The notes: generated by a model not told the origin, from the letters alone. A DNA stretch of 64,000 bases from Octopus sinensis (GCF_006345805.1 NC_043007.1:48422001-48486000); one strand, 5' to 3'. Positions 37,512 to 50,095 are shown, counted from the stretch's first letter. Numbers and translations: made by a program.

Positions 37512-38294
37512 GTAAGCTTGTTGTCATTATTGTAGTGTGAAGATGAGTGACTGAGTGGTTAGAACGTTTGGTTCACAATCATGTTGTGGTTCAATTCCTG
37601 GTTTAGGCAGTGTGCCCTTGAACAAGGCATTTTATTTCACATTGATCCAGCATACTTTCTCCCCATCCTGTTGCAAAATCTTCAGTATCTATTGAACTGA
37701 GGGTAGGAGATCCAAGAATGTCAGTGTGCTAGCAATTACATGAACACCTAAAATAATTAGAAAATGCATGGCAGTACATTAGTACCAGGACATACTCTCT
37801 TGTGAGTAATGACTGGATGGGCATTATTATTATTATTATTATTAAAATTAGTAGTAGTAGTAGTAGTAGCAGCAGCAGCAGCAGTAGTAGTAGTAGCAGC
37901 AGCAGTAGTTGTTGTTGTTGTTGATTAGATGATGAATCAGTAGAAATAGCAGAAAACTGGATTACATATAGAATATTTAGTTTCTTCCTTCCCTCTCAAT
38001 TCCAATTCTAAATCTTTCTGGACCAGCTTAGCTTTTGTGTGTTCAGAGTCACTGAAATAAGTGCCTGTTATATACTGTGATCTATACAATTAACAACACC
38101 TATTGCCAACAGATTTGGGACATTGATATAGTCCTTACAAACATAGAAAATTAATTATTGTTGTTGTTGTTGTTGTTGTTGGGGATGCTGAAGATGGTCA
38201 AACGGATGATGTCTAATAGACAGAAACATATCAGCCATGGTGCCCCCCTCCCCAACCCTTACCTGCTAACAATGATCAAACTTCCTTCTTCATC

Positions 38295-38560
38295 ATCATC
38301 ATCATCATTTAACATCCATTGTCCGTGCTGGCATGGATTGGATGGTTTGACCAGAAGTGACAAGCTGGAGAGCTGCACCAGGTTCCAGTTTGATTAGGCA
38401 TGGTTTTCACAGCTGGATGCCATTCCTAATGCCAGCCACTTTACAGAATGTGCTGGTTGCTTTCATGTGGCAGCAGCACAAGTGTTTTTTATGTGACACC
38501 AGTACAGTACACTTGCAGATCAATCCCCTTCACCAGGAGGAGTGGCCTTAACACTTATGT
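38295..38560 (-). mobile_element. RTE 3' UTR fragment
   Basis: (CAT)n tttaacatccattgtccgtgctggcatgg...ggatgccattcctaatgccagccact. Confidence 0.7.
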
Positions 38561-39639
38561 TGTGGAGTATGGGTATTCTTGAGTACAGTAAGGCACCTAG
38601 TATCTCAGTCCTTTGTCATCACGTCTGAAAAGTTCAGCATCCTAAGGTCGTCCTTCAGTACTTTGTCCATGTTTTCCTGGATTTCCCTCTTCCACGTGTT
38701 CCATCTACTTTGATAGAATGGCTCTTCTTTATGGAGCTGTTGCCTAGTTCCACTTATGCTTAAATTCTCTCTCAATACACTAGCACTCTGTCGAACATGT
38801 ACACATCCAGTGGAGCATACAGCCTTACTCCTTCTTATAAACCTTCTTTAAACATTCCTTCTTAAACATGTAAATTAACTTTCAGAGAATAATTCATTTT
38901 TTTGAAATTATCTCCCCTTTACTTTGAGTGTCACTAACAATGGCTTTCTTCTATTAAGAGGGGATTTTTAATGAATAAATAATTCTCTTTTTTTTACATA
39001 CATCATTTTGTACATCACCCTTTCATTTATTTATTTAACTTCTTGTCATTCACCCAATGCTACATTTTTATTTTATAATTATTTAAATTAGCACTGCCCA
39101 AAATTATTCCTAATTCTTTTCTTTTTTTTCTGTCCATAAAAATCATTGTGAACTGATCAAAGCAAACTTGAGTACACTAAACTATGCTAATAAGGTACAA
39201 TTATACAAATATATATATATATAGTTGTCCACCTTGCAAATGTATATACCTTTCCCTTAACCATATGCACTTTGGGAAATAGTCTTCACTTGAAATTATC
39301 TCCCCTTTGTATTGAACTCTCTAACAATTACAGCTAGGTATGTTTGCAAGCAACATTTAGTACATTACCCTTCTAAGTTATTCCCCTACCTAAATATTTT
39401 AGTTTCACTTACCAGATGCTTTAGTTTCTTCTTTCACAGTTCTAGTTTCAAATCTCACTAGAATCCCCTTTCCTTCTACTTTAAAGCATATATACAGCAA
39501 TAGTAAATAATTAATCCACTTTATTTCACACTTTCTCTCTTTGAAATTATGAAAGATTACAGAGCTTAACAAAGTAAACCATTATTGTTTGTTGCTCTTG
39601 TAGGTTTCAGCCTATTATTTGGGTGCTGAACTCCCAATC

Positions 39640-40023
39640 ATGGCTGTCAGACAATTTCTGGGACCACATCACCCCTAACATCTGGCCACCTAACTCCCCA
39701 GACTGCAACCCTCTTGATTATGTGTGGGGTGCAGTTGATTGAGAGCCCAACAAAACTCCTTGTAACACTAATGATGAACTGAAGGCAAGGATTATAACAG
39801 CATTCACCAACTTAAACAAGGAGATCATCCAGAAGAGTTGCAGGAGATTCCAAAGTCATCAGGAGGCTGTAGTTGAAGCCAATGGCGATTTTATTGAATA
39901 AATTTACTCTTTAGTATTTCAAGATATTTTTATGTAATTTTGGCAAATATATCTGTTAAAATGAGATGTCAGTGTTATTTTCATTTTTGCGTAATTTAGA
40001 TGACAATTTATTCACTGCACCCT
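39640..40023 (+). mobile_element. Tc1/mariner DD37D-like 3' fragment, same family as 4478-5764
   Basis: NFWDHITPNIWPPNSPDCNPLDYVWG and terminal gatgacaatttattcactgcaccctg. Confidence 0.8.
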
Positions 40024-40217
40024 GTGTGTGTGTATATATATATATATATATTATATATATATATATAACAGGTTTCTTTCATCTTCCTGATCTTCTCTCA
40101 AGAGTTTGGTTGATTTGGAATCATTGTAGTAGAGGATATTTGCTCAAAATTCCATGCTGTGAGACTGAATCCAAGATTACATGGTTGGGAAGCTAACTTC
40201 TTAATGGTCACACATGT

Positions 40218-40930
40218 CATCATCATTTAACGTCTGTTTTACCATGTTGGCATGGGTTGGATGGTTTGACTGAAGTCTGGCAAACCAGCAGCTGCACTAG
40301 TCTCCAATTGGATCTGGCAATGTTTCTACAGCTGGATGCCCTTCCTAATGCCAACCACTCCAAGAGTGTAGTGGGTGCTTTTTACGTGCCACCAGCACAA
40401 GAGCCAGTCAAGTGGGCCTAGTTCAGGCAGTGCTTTTTACATGCCACCAGTACGGGCGCCAGTCAGCAGGTACTGGCATTGGCCACATTTAGATGGTACT
40501 CTTTATGTGCCACTGGTACAGGAGCCAGTCAGGGGATGGTTTTATCATTTGCACAGTGTTACACTAGGGGTTTGGTAGAATCATTAGAGCATCAAACATG
40601 CCTAGAGATATTTTACCCTGGCACTTTGGATTCTGAATACAAATCCCACAGATCAACTTTGCTTTTCATCTTTTTGGGAGGTGGGGGGAGGGGCAATAAA
40701 ATATAGTACCAGTTAAATACTGTGGTCAATGTAATCAACTAATCTTCATCATCATTTAAGGACTGCCTTCCATGCTGGCAATGAGTTGGACAGTTCAACA
40801 GAAGTTAGCAAGCCAGTGGACTGCACCAAGCTCCACTACCTCTTTTGACATGGTTTTTATGACTGATGCTCTTCCTAATGCCAACCACATTTAGAGTGGG
40901 CTAAGTGCTTCTTGCCTTTCACCAGCATTG
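40218..40930 (-). mobile_element. Two RTE 3' UTR fragments (about 40218-40540 and 40745-40930)
   Basis: Both begin with (CAT)n ttaa and contain ggatgc..ttcctaatgccaaccac. Confidence 0.7.
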
Positions 40931-41339
40931 GCAGGGTTTGTTTTGGCATGGCTCTATTTCTAAGTTAGAATCCATAGTCAAACTAAAGAAAAACACACAC
41001 ACAACGAAAAAACACATTGGACTCATTTACCTTTACTTACCCCAACACAAAGAATGGCTGAAGAGAAAAAGACTAAAACTGGAATTTTACTGTCATTAAA
41101 TACGAATACATTTTAATGGGGCTATGACATACTTTAGATAGGGTAAGGCAATGCTATAATTTAGATATTATAGGGTTAACTTTTATGAGAGTCTGGCATA
41201 ATTTAGATTAAAATCTTCACTTATTTATGTGTTTTCTTTCTCAAACTTTTGTACACAGAGAACAAAAATATAAATTTGTTTAGTGATTGCATTATTATTC
41301 CTTTGATTTGGCTCATGTTCAGTCTTATTTGTGGTAGGA

Positions 41340-43430
41340 ATTATGTGGATAGTGGTTACTACCTGTAACCACAAGTTTTCAACAATCTTTCAAGTGCTTA
41401 GCACCCTCCTGATAATCCTTGCTGTCCCAAAGAGGCAAACTTTCTGTAGGAGCTCTACTGGGCATTCTATTTCAATATCCTTCAGCCATTTGTTTATATC
41501 TTCACTTACTATTCCCAACAAACCAATTATTTTAGTTATGACCTTTACTATTCACATGCTCCAAATTCTTCCTAGAGATGGTATTTTTTTGTTTTTTCTG
41601 TTTTCCTTCCTCTTTCTTTACGCTCTTGGAATCAGACAGGCATGATGAGTCAATAAGTAAGCAGCTTTGCTTTTCCTTTTCTATAATTGTTATATCTGGT
41701 CTATTATTTTCTAACTTCTTGTCTGTTTGAATAGGAAAGTCCCACAAAATCTTACATTTCTCCAACTCCAGTACTCTTTCAGCTCAATGATTGTACCATA
41801 TGTTTCCAGCTTCAAATCCACATTTCTGACACAATTTCCAGTATAAAACTTTTACATTCTAGTGATGCCTCCATTTCTTATATTCTTCCACAATGTATGC
41901 CACTGTCTTATTCCAAGTTCCACAAGCTCTACATTTTTCTGACACATTCTCTCCATATATATTTTTTCTCAAGTTGTTTGTTTTTATTGCTTGATCTTGG
42001 GCTGCTACAATTAGACTCTCTGTTTCTTCTTTTTTAATTGCCTCTTTATTAACCAGCTCAGGATTTTGTTCCACATATGTCTTCAGTGGCTCTCCAAAAT
42101 TGGCCATGCAGTGGTTTCTCTTCAATCTGTCTGACATACTCTCTTTGTATTTCATTCTTGTACTTTTCTCCTATTATGCACTTCTGATTAAGGGTACTGC
42201 TCTTGAATTCATTGCTTCAATAAGATTTTTTTGAATTCTGCTTTGACTGCAAAAATTTTCTGACTCTCCTTGTGTACTCCCTACTGGTAATTTGTTTCAT
42301 TTCTTCATTTTTGTTTTATCTCGTCTGCTTCCAGTATTCCCAAGTGCACTGTCCTTTCTCAACCACTCTCATTGTTTGCCCATTTAGCATTTCAGTTCCC
42401 TGGCTTCTTTCAAATCTTCCTCATTTCATTTTCAATATAGTGCACTTTGCTATCCCAAATTCTATACCCACATTATTTGAAAAAAATGTGGATAGTATGT
42501 GCAAGAGTTTCAAGTTGTTTCTCATTTTTCGCATAAACTTTTATATCATCCCCAAAAAAGAGATGATTTATCTGACCATTTCCTTTTCCTAAACCATAAG
42601 CAATTTAACTTTTTGTAGTATCACAGTTGTCAGTGTCATGGCCAATACAAATAGTAATGGAGATAAGCTATCACCTTAGAATATTTTATGTCTGATGTTC
42701 GCTTTTCCAAGTTTTTGTTTTCCTTTGATCAGTTCAGTATTCCAATGTTACATACTTTCATTAAGCATTTTCTCCATGTTTTTTGCTATTCAAAACATGC
42801 TCATTGTTTTACTTACCCAACTGTGTTACCATGTCATATGCTTTTTTGTAATCTAGCCATGCTACATTCAGTCCCATCAATCTGCATCTACAATTTCTAA
42901 TTGTCATTTTATCAACTAATAAGTGATATTTTGTTACCCTGCTTTGTTTTCTGCATCCTTTCTGTTCTTCTGGAAGTATATTATTACTTTCCAGATGATT
43001 GTATAACTCTTCTAACAAGACTACAGTCATAAGCTTCTACATTAGTGGTAAACAGTTCATAGGTCAAATATTTAATACTTTCTTCCACATCTGGAATCAG
43101 TTCCTGGTGTTGGCTGCTCTCTGTTTCCTCAAATAGACACCTTCTATTTGATTGGAACAGTCTATTCTGCTCGAAACCTTTGCATCTAGCATCATATCTT
43201 CTCAATTTGGCCTTTAATGTTGTCATCTTTTGTGTCAATTCATGTACTATTTGATTTCCTCTTTCTTGTCCATCAATTTTCTGATTACTAACTTATTCTT
43301 GAGCTCTCCTTCTATTATCCTATTCTATTGCTCCAGTTCTTTCCATGTGTTTTCCAGCTTCATTTGTATTCTCTTCCTCCAGTTTGTTTCTTTCTTTCCA
43401 TTATCTTCAGTTTTTTGCTTGTAGCCTACT
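41340..43430 (-). mobile_element. R4/Dong-like LINE (RT + CCHC + REL), decayed
   Basis: ILPEEQKGCRKQSR...AWLDYKKAYDMV; EETESLIVAAQDQAIKT...KCRACG; KILWDFPIQTDKKLENNRPDITII...LLID. Confidence 0.85.
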
Positions 43431-43479
43431 ACGTTAGCTATGACATTAGCAGCAGCTATGGTTAGTTGGTTTGTTTCAC

Positions 43480-43520
<41 letters not shown>

Positions 43521-43543
43521 GTCGTCGTCGTCGTCGTCATCAA

Positions 43544-43574
<31 letters not shown>

Positions 43575-44520
43575 TCTTTATCACAAGTTTTGTTGGAACT
43601 CCTGGAGTCTTGCATGTATATTGGGCTTACTACCTGCAGCCTATGGTACCATGCTATTCGTTCTTTTCAGCTATCTAATACTTTACAAATTATTCTGGCC
43701 ATGCCAAGGAGACAAACCTTTTGTAACAGTTCTACTGGGCACTCTATTCCAATGTCCTTTATATTGCTCTTAATGCCTTCTGATACTGTTCCCAAAGACC
43801 TAACAATAATTGGTACTATCTTCACCTTCTTCATTTTCCATAGCCAGGCTATTTCATACTTAAGAGGGTTGTATCTATTTATCTTTTTACCTTCTTTCTT
43901 GACTATTTGTGGATCAAAGGGGCATGCAACATCAACTGTATAGCATATGTGGTGCACCTTGTTCACCACCACTATGTCCAGTCTGTTATGCTTTAGCACC
44001 TGATCTGTTTGGATTGGAAAATCCCAGATGATTTTGCTAGTCTCCGACTCTGTCACTCTCTGCGGTTTGTGCTCATACCACGTCTTGCCTCTCTCTAGCC
44101 CCCACTTTTTTCACAATTTCCAATACAGCACTTTTGCTACCTAGTCATGTCGCCACAGCTTGTAGTGGTTTTGAGCAAGTCTAAGGACATTCATTCATGC
44201 TATGGGCAATGGTTTCATACACTCTATTGCAGATGCAGCTCAGCAGAGACACTTGTTCATTCCTCAGGTTGACCCCCCCAGTTTGTGGCCAGAGTTTAGT
44301 CTTGCACTGCAAGTATAGGGCTCTCAGTCTCCTTTTTAAGTGTTCCTTTCATCTGCCAATCCCACCTATTTTTTCAAGCAACTTCTGCTGTGGCTACATG
44401 GAATTGATTGTATAGTCCCTTCTTGCGTAATTCTTCTTCATGTCCTTTTTGTACTCCTTCCTTTGTTTTCCCTTTTTACTCTGCTCTCAATACTCCCTCA
44501 TTCCTAACTATCACTAGCAA
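43575..44520 (-). mobile_element. Second R4/Dong-like LINE 3' fragment
   Basis: KIIWDFPIQTDQVLKHNRLDIVVV...VDVACPFD...KINRYNPLKYEI...VPIIVRSLGTV...LQKVCLLGMARIICKVLDS*, followed by triplet-repeat tails. Confidence 0.85.
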
Positions 44521-44554
44521 TGTTTCCTTATTATTATTATTATCCTTGTTAATT

Positions 44555-45245
44555 GTTAGCATGCTGGACTAAATACTTAGCGGCAGTTCGTTCATTTTAA
44601 AGACATTCTGAATTCAAATTCCACCGATGTCGCTCTTGCCTTTCTTCATCATTTGAGGGTCGTTAAATTAAATACCAGTGAAACACTGGGGTTGATGTAA
44701 TCAACTAGTCACCTCCTCCAAAATTTGAGGCATTGTGCCTTTAGTAGAAAGGATGATTATTATTATTATTACTGTTATTATTGTTATTATTATTATTATG
44801 ATTATTATTATTATTATTATTATTATTTCATTTCATCCCTCTTCACATTCTGAGTTCAAATTCTGTTGAGGTCGACTTTGCCTTTCATCCTTCCAAGTTC
44901 ATTAAAGTAAGAACCAGTTGAGTACTGGGGTCAATGCAGTCGACTTACTTCTTCCCCCAAGATTGCTAGCCTTGTGCCAAACTTTGAAACCATTGTTAAG
45001 GTGGCAAGATGGCAGAATCATTAGCATGCCAGGCAAAATGCTTAGCAGCATTTCATCTGTCTTTATATTCAAATTCCACCTAAGTTGACTTTGCCTTTCA
45101 TCCTTTTGGAGTCAATAAAATAAGTACCAGTTGAGTACTGGGTTCGATATAATTGACTTACCCCCACTCAAATTCAGGCCTTGTGCCTATAACAGAAAGG
45201 CTTATTATTAATATTATTATTATTATTAATATTATTATTATTATT
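44555..45245 (+). mobile_element. Three head-to-tail SINE family B copies separated by (ATT)n tails
   Basis: The core ctgagttcaaattc...gactttgcctttcatcc...taccagttgagtactgggg recurs at about 44610, 44850 and 45070. Confidence 0.8.
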
Positions 45246-45748
45246 AGTAGTAGTAGTAGTAGTAGTAGTAGTTGTAGTTGTAGTAGTAGTAGTAGTTGTT
45301 GTTTTTGTTGTTGTTTCTAAAAACATCAACCATATTTTGTTTTTGCCTTGTAGTTCCTCCAGTAAACCAGTATAAACCACACAAAACTCGGCGAACACGA
45401 TTAAAATACAGCCTGGGACCTGACCGTTCTTCATCCGGTTCTTGTGGCAGTGGCATCACACAGTCTGCATTTGTTGGTAAGTTGAGGAGCACCTTTACAT
45501 TTTACCATTTGATATATATATATATATAATCTGGTTCTTATGGCAGTGGCATCACACAGTCTGCATATATGTTTATATGCATATATCTGTATATACATAT
45601 ATGTGTGTGGGTGGGTGTATATATATATATATGTGTGTGTGTGTGTGCATGTATATATGTATATATATATTATATATATATATATATATATAATATATAT
45701 GTATGTATGTATGTATGTGTGTATGTATATATATATTATATATATATG

Positions 45749-45793
<45 letters not shown>

Positions 45794-46097
45794 ATGTATA
45801 TATACATATGTATTTTGTGGTATATATATTATATAAATATGTGCTGCTACACACATACACATATATACACACACATTTACATTGACATATAACTACAGAT
45901 ATTACTGGTATGCAGTGGACTAGAATAGCATAGGAAGTAATAAAATGATAAATTACACAAATATCTCTGCAACTATTGATAATAATTTATTATTATTACT
46001 CTTCCATATTCCATTAACTTACAAGCCAATGTCTGTTTCTAGTCAATTTTCTGTGTATTTTTTGCCAAATGGTTTGTTTTCCTTTTGCTTCTTACAG

Positions 46098-46156
46098 GAA
46101 AAACCGATAATTGTGAGAAGGAATCAAAAAAGTCACAGAATGATGGAATAATATCT
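46098..46156 (+). CDS. CIPC: CIPC-like gene, second coding exon (59 nt; [R]KTDNCEKESKKSQNDGIIS)
   Basis: Acceptor ttttgcttcttacag|46098 and donor TCT|GTAAGT at 46156/46157. Phase 1 in and phase 0 out keeps one open frame between the flanking exons. Confidence 0.75.
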
Positions 46157-46850
46157 GTAAGTAATAAATTAATATGCATACTTACAACAGCCTTGGATTA
46201 AAATTACAATGTATTGTAATAACATGTATTGTGTGTTTAACAAACATAGAATAACACTAACTGTAATGTTTTGTCTCATACAAACTTCTCAAAGAGATTT
46301 TTATGATGAAAAAAAGTATTCTTAGCACCTTCAATACTTTTTTTCATCCTGACATTGTGTAAAACAGTGATTCCCACTGATGGGGCATACAGTGAGGTTT
46401 GGAATCTGAAATTTCTTTTTCTTTTACTTTTTAGTGGAACATAGTATTGTGAAAATCTTTTTTTTTTTTTTTGTTAATCAATAATGTACATTTTTTGTAC
46501 ATACTCACTGGCACTCCATTGGTTATGACGACAAGGGTTCCAGTTGATCTGATCAACAGAATGGCCTGCTCATGAAATTAACATACAAGTGCTTGAGCAA
46601 TCCACAGACATGTGTACCCTTAATGTAGTTCTCAAAGAGATTCTGTGTGACACAGAATGTGACAAAGTTGGCCCTCTGAAATAACCCCAGTACTTATTTC
46701 CTTTTTAAATCTCCTACATATTCTATCAGTCTCTTTTGTGGAAGCACTAAGTTACAGGGATGTAAACACACCAACACTGTTGTCAAGCATTAATGTAGGA
46801 CAAACACAAACACACACACACATAGATATATACATATATATATGCATATA

Positions 46851-47918
46851 CTAGCTGGTGTACCTGGTAATTCCCGGGGGTAAAGATGTTCTATTGAAAC
46901 ACCTTATTACTCTGATATGAGAAAGCAATTTCATTATTTCAGTCACGTAAAAGTACAAAAAACTGTCAGCTGGAGGAAGGAAAAATTGTTGGAGGTTGGC
47001 GAGAGAGGTTTTCGGAGGCTGGCAAGAAAGACTGTCGGTGGTTGGTGAGAGGCAAAGACATTATTCTACTTTGCGAAGGCATCTAGGAAATGTATAACTG
47101 CTGTCATTCACAGAAAAACTATTGTTTTACCGTGAAAAATGTGCTGTTGAAGTGTTAAGTGAAATTTGGCAATTGAAGATCGAATCCATGCTATGCATGC
47201 ATGAAACCACTACAAATACATTGTGGAATAAAAAATTTATCTACTGTCATGGAAAAAGTGTAACTGTAAAAATGCAGAATTATCAGAGTAATGGGCATTC
47301 AAAAACGTATATATGTATAGAAATGTATGAATGAAGACTTTAAGGTTTAAGATTCAAATTAAGGAAGTGCAATAATAATGTTTAGCAGTTCAAAACTGTG
47401 AGTAAGGAAACTCAGAATTAGGTTGGCTTCACTAAAATCTGCAGGTGATATGGGTTATTTCCCTTGGGTTGTTTAAATAAAATATTAGTAAAATGTAGTA
47501 GATAGAAGGATCCATTGGAAGGGTGATATCGATTTTTTACAACAATCTAAGTATGTCACGAGGTTTCCAGACATGAGTTCTACTCACGTGGTAAATAAAG
47601 TATAAAAGTGATATTGTTTGCAAAAATTAGAAATAGGACTCACACAAAAAAATCAATATTCAAAGTAATCAAACATAAACAATGAAGTGGGTTATTTCCC
47701 TTGAGTGTTTAAAAAGTTAGTTATATGAAGTAGATATAAAGGTCCCTTCCAGGGGCTGTATTATCGATTTTTTTCAACAATCTAAGTATGTCACAAGGTT
47801 TCCAGACATGAGTTCTACTCACGTGTCAAGTTTCATCGAAATCAATAAAATGATGTAGGAGGAGTTAGCTAACAACGCTACAAACACACACACACAGATT
47901 TTCCACATTTGTAGTAGA
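46851..47918 (-). mobile_element. Non-autonomous Helitron with a captured fragment and an internal duplication
   Basis: A|TC...CTAG|T termini as in 35591-36447. 47053-47212 matches 4280-4427. A ~135-bp block is duplicated (about 47450-47590 and 47685-47825). Confidence 0.75.
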
Positions 47919-48080
47919 TATGTGATGAGCTTCTGTTAGTTTCTGTTTACCAGATCCACTCATAAGGATTTGGTCAGCCTGAGTCTAGAGCAGAAGACAC
48001 TTTCCCAAGGTGTCATGCAGTGGGAGTGAACCTGGAACCATGTGGTTGGGAAGTAAACTTCTAACCTCGCAGCCACTTGA
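47919..48080 (-). mobile_element. SINE family A head
   Basis: gaagacactttcccaaggtgtcatgcagtgggagtgaacctggaaccatgtggttgggaag. Confidence 0.75.
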
Positions 48081-48299
48081 GTGTCAGTATGGTCTTGCAG
48101 TTTTTATTCTGAATTTTTATGTTATGTGTTCAAATCCACTTGAGGTCAACAATGACCATTCCTTCCAGGGTTGATAAAATGAAGTAACTATCTATTTCTA
48201 ATGTTGATGGTATTGACAAGCACCCTTCTCAGATTTTCTGGCCTTGTGCCTAATTGAGAAACAGTTGAAATCTCTTATGTAGTGTATAGAAAAGATATG

Positions 48300-48660
48300 A
48301 GTACTTAGTGGTTAAAGTGTTGGACATTTCATTGTAAGATTGTGGTTTCAGTTCCAGGACTGGGTGATGTGTTGTGTTCTTGAGCTAAACACTTCATTTC
48401 ATGTTGCTTCAGCTCATTCAGCTAGCAAAAATGAGTAATTCTGCAAGAGACTAGCATCCCATCCAGGGGGGAATATATGTGCCATGGAGACTGGGAAACC
48501 AGCCTTATGACTCAGGTAGGCTCTTTATCCTTTTGTAAAGGTATATGGCCTAGTGGTTTAAGCATTGCACTCACAATTGTCAGATCATGGTTCGATTTCC
48601 AGACCAGGCAGTGTGTTGTGTTCTTATGCTAAATGCTTCATTTCATGTTGCTCTGGTGCT
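48300..48660 (+). mobile_element. Two tandem tRNA-derived SINE heads (similar copy at about 37550-37650)
   Basis: tagtggttaaagtgttgg...ggtttcagttcc and atggcctagtggttaagcattgc...ggttcgatttcc, each followed by gtgttgtgttctt...cttcatttcatgttgc. Confidence 0.7.
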
Positions 48661-49582
48661 GTGTAGGGACTAGTATTTATTTTATTTTTATTTTATTTTA
48701 TCTAGTTTCAGCTCATGAGCTGTATGCCAAAGAATACACCCAATGTTTCCTCTGTCTATTATAAAAAGTGACTAAAAGAGGTTGAGATAGGATTTGCACG
48801 TTGACCTCACAAAACCTGCATCAAACAGATCCATGGGGTGGAGGGTTGTTGCCTGAGTAGAGCAGAAGCATCATCCACCAGGAGTAGTGAGGAGTCACCA
48901 ACAAATGGTGGATGATGTGGTCAGATGTGCAGAATAGATCTGAACTAATTATATAAAATGGTTTTACTCTGAAACTAAAGCCATTTTTTTTACTTCTATT
49001 GATAATGTCCTATAGAAAAACATAAATGTCATACAATATCATTTGTGTTCCAACATATTTCAGGTTTCAGCCTAAAATCAATTAAAAACTTTTGTTCACT
49101 TCAGGACATTCTTCAGCTTTTAATTTGGTTAGTGTCTTAGCTATAGTCCCCCTCTCTATGATCGTTATGACAGTGATTCTCTGTCTTTGGCCTTATTCTT
49201 CCTATTGTTAATGTAGCTCTGCTAAAGACAGTCCCAAGCCTGACTGCAAAAGGAGGAGGGTAGTTTCCATGCCAGGACAGCATGAACCAGGAAACTGGGG
49301 AAACCAAGCAAGAAATCGTCAGGATACTAACAGACTAACATCATCACCAAATTCTATCATCCAGTTGCACCCACAGCAGTGTATAGGTTGAAAGGACAGC
49401 TTCCCTCTCCAATTGCAAGCTGGGATTTAAGAAGATTGTTAATATACCAATATAATGTATCTGACATATGTTTTTCTCTCCTGTAATTCTGTATTCTAAC
49501 AATGCTGATTTGTTTTATTTGTTCTGTTACATGACCACTTTTAATCACCAATTTTAATGTTTCACTGTTTCTAATTCAACAG

Positions 49583-50095
49583 GAAAATGAAGTTTCGCTC
49601 TCCAGTTCAATGTTTAGTTCTGAAGAGAAGTGCTATGACAACTTATCTGACCAGGGATATTTACCGATATCTGAAGGAGCATGCTCACTTTTATCAGAGA
49701 AGGAATCTGGGAATGAATCTGGATATAGTTCTCATAGCGCTGGCTATATAAAAGATTTGCCTATGGACAAAAGAATAGAAAATTTGTCCAATGCAAATGA
49801 CCCTCTGGTTGACATAAACAGTGTTGAGAGCAAACAGAGTAATTTATCAGAGTCAAGTAGTGGCCCTTCAGACAAGAGAATGCGATTTTTGCGAACTGCT
49901 AGTGCCCTGCAACGGTCAGGGCTGATGGATATAACAATGAAGACTGCTGATATCTTGAAACAGAATCGGATAGTGAACAAAGAAATAGAAAGATTACACC
50001 AGGACACACTCAAATTTTTACATAGTGTCATCAATAACCCTGAGAATAAAACCTTCCAAGACACAATTACAAGGAACTGCGACAAACATTCTTGA
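49583..50095 (+). CDS. CIPC: CIPC-like gene, last coding exon with C-terminal CiPC coiled-coil domain
   Basis: Acceptor ttctaattcaacag|GAA at 49583, open to TGA 50095. The C-terminus RMRFLRTASALQRSGLMDITMKTADILKQNRIVNKEIERLHQDTLKF resembles the CIPC domain as I recall it (RFxxTxxxLxxSGLxxITxKTxxLxxQN). SEKESGNESGYSS resembles the CIPC SEKDSGFS-type serine motif. Family assignment is from memory, with no HMM run. Confidence 0.8.
   Translation, partial: ENEVSLSSSMFSSEEKCYDNLSDQGYLPISEGACSLLSEKESGNESGYSSHSAGYIKDLPMDKRIENLSNANDPLVDINSVESKQSNLSESSSGPSDKRMRFLRTASALQRSGLMDITMKTADILKQNRIVNKEIERLHQDTLKFLHSVINNPENKTFQDTITRNCDKHS

Noticed and set aside
49610-50095. Single-exon gene starting at ATG 49610 as in the ORF track
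   Set aside because: The frame is open back to a strong acceptor at 49583 and joins upstream exons in phase, so the ATG is internal.
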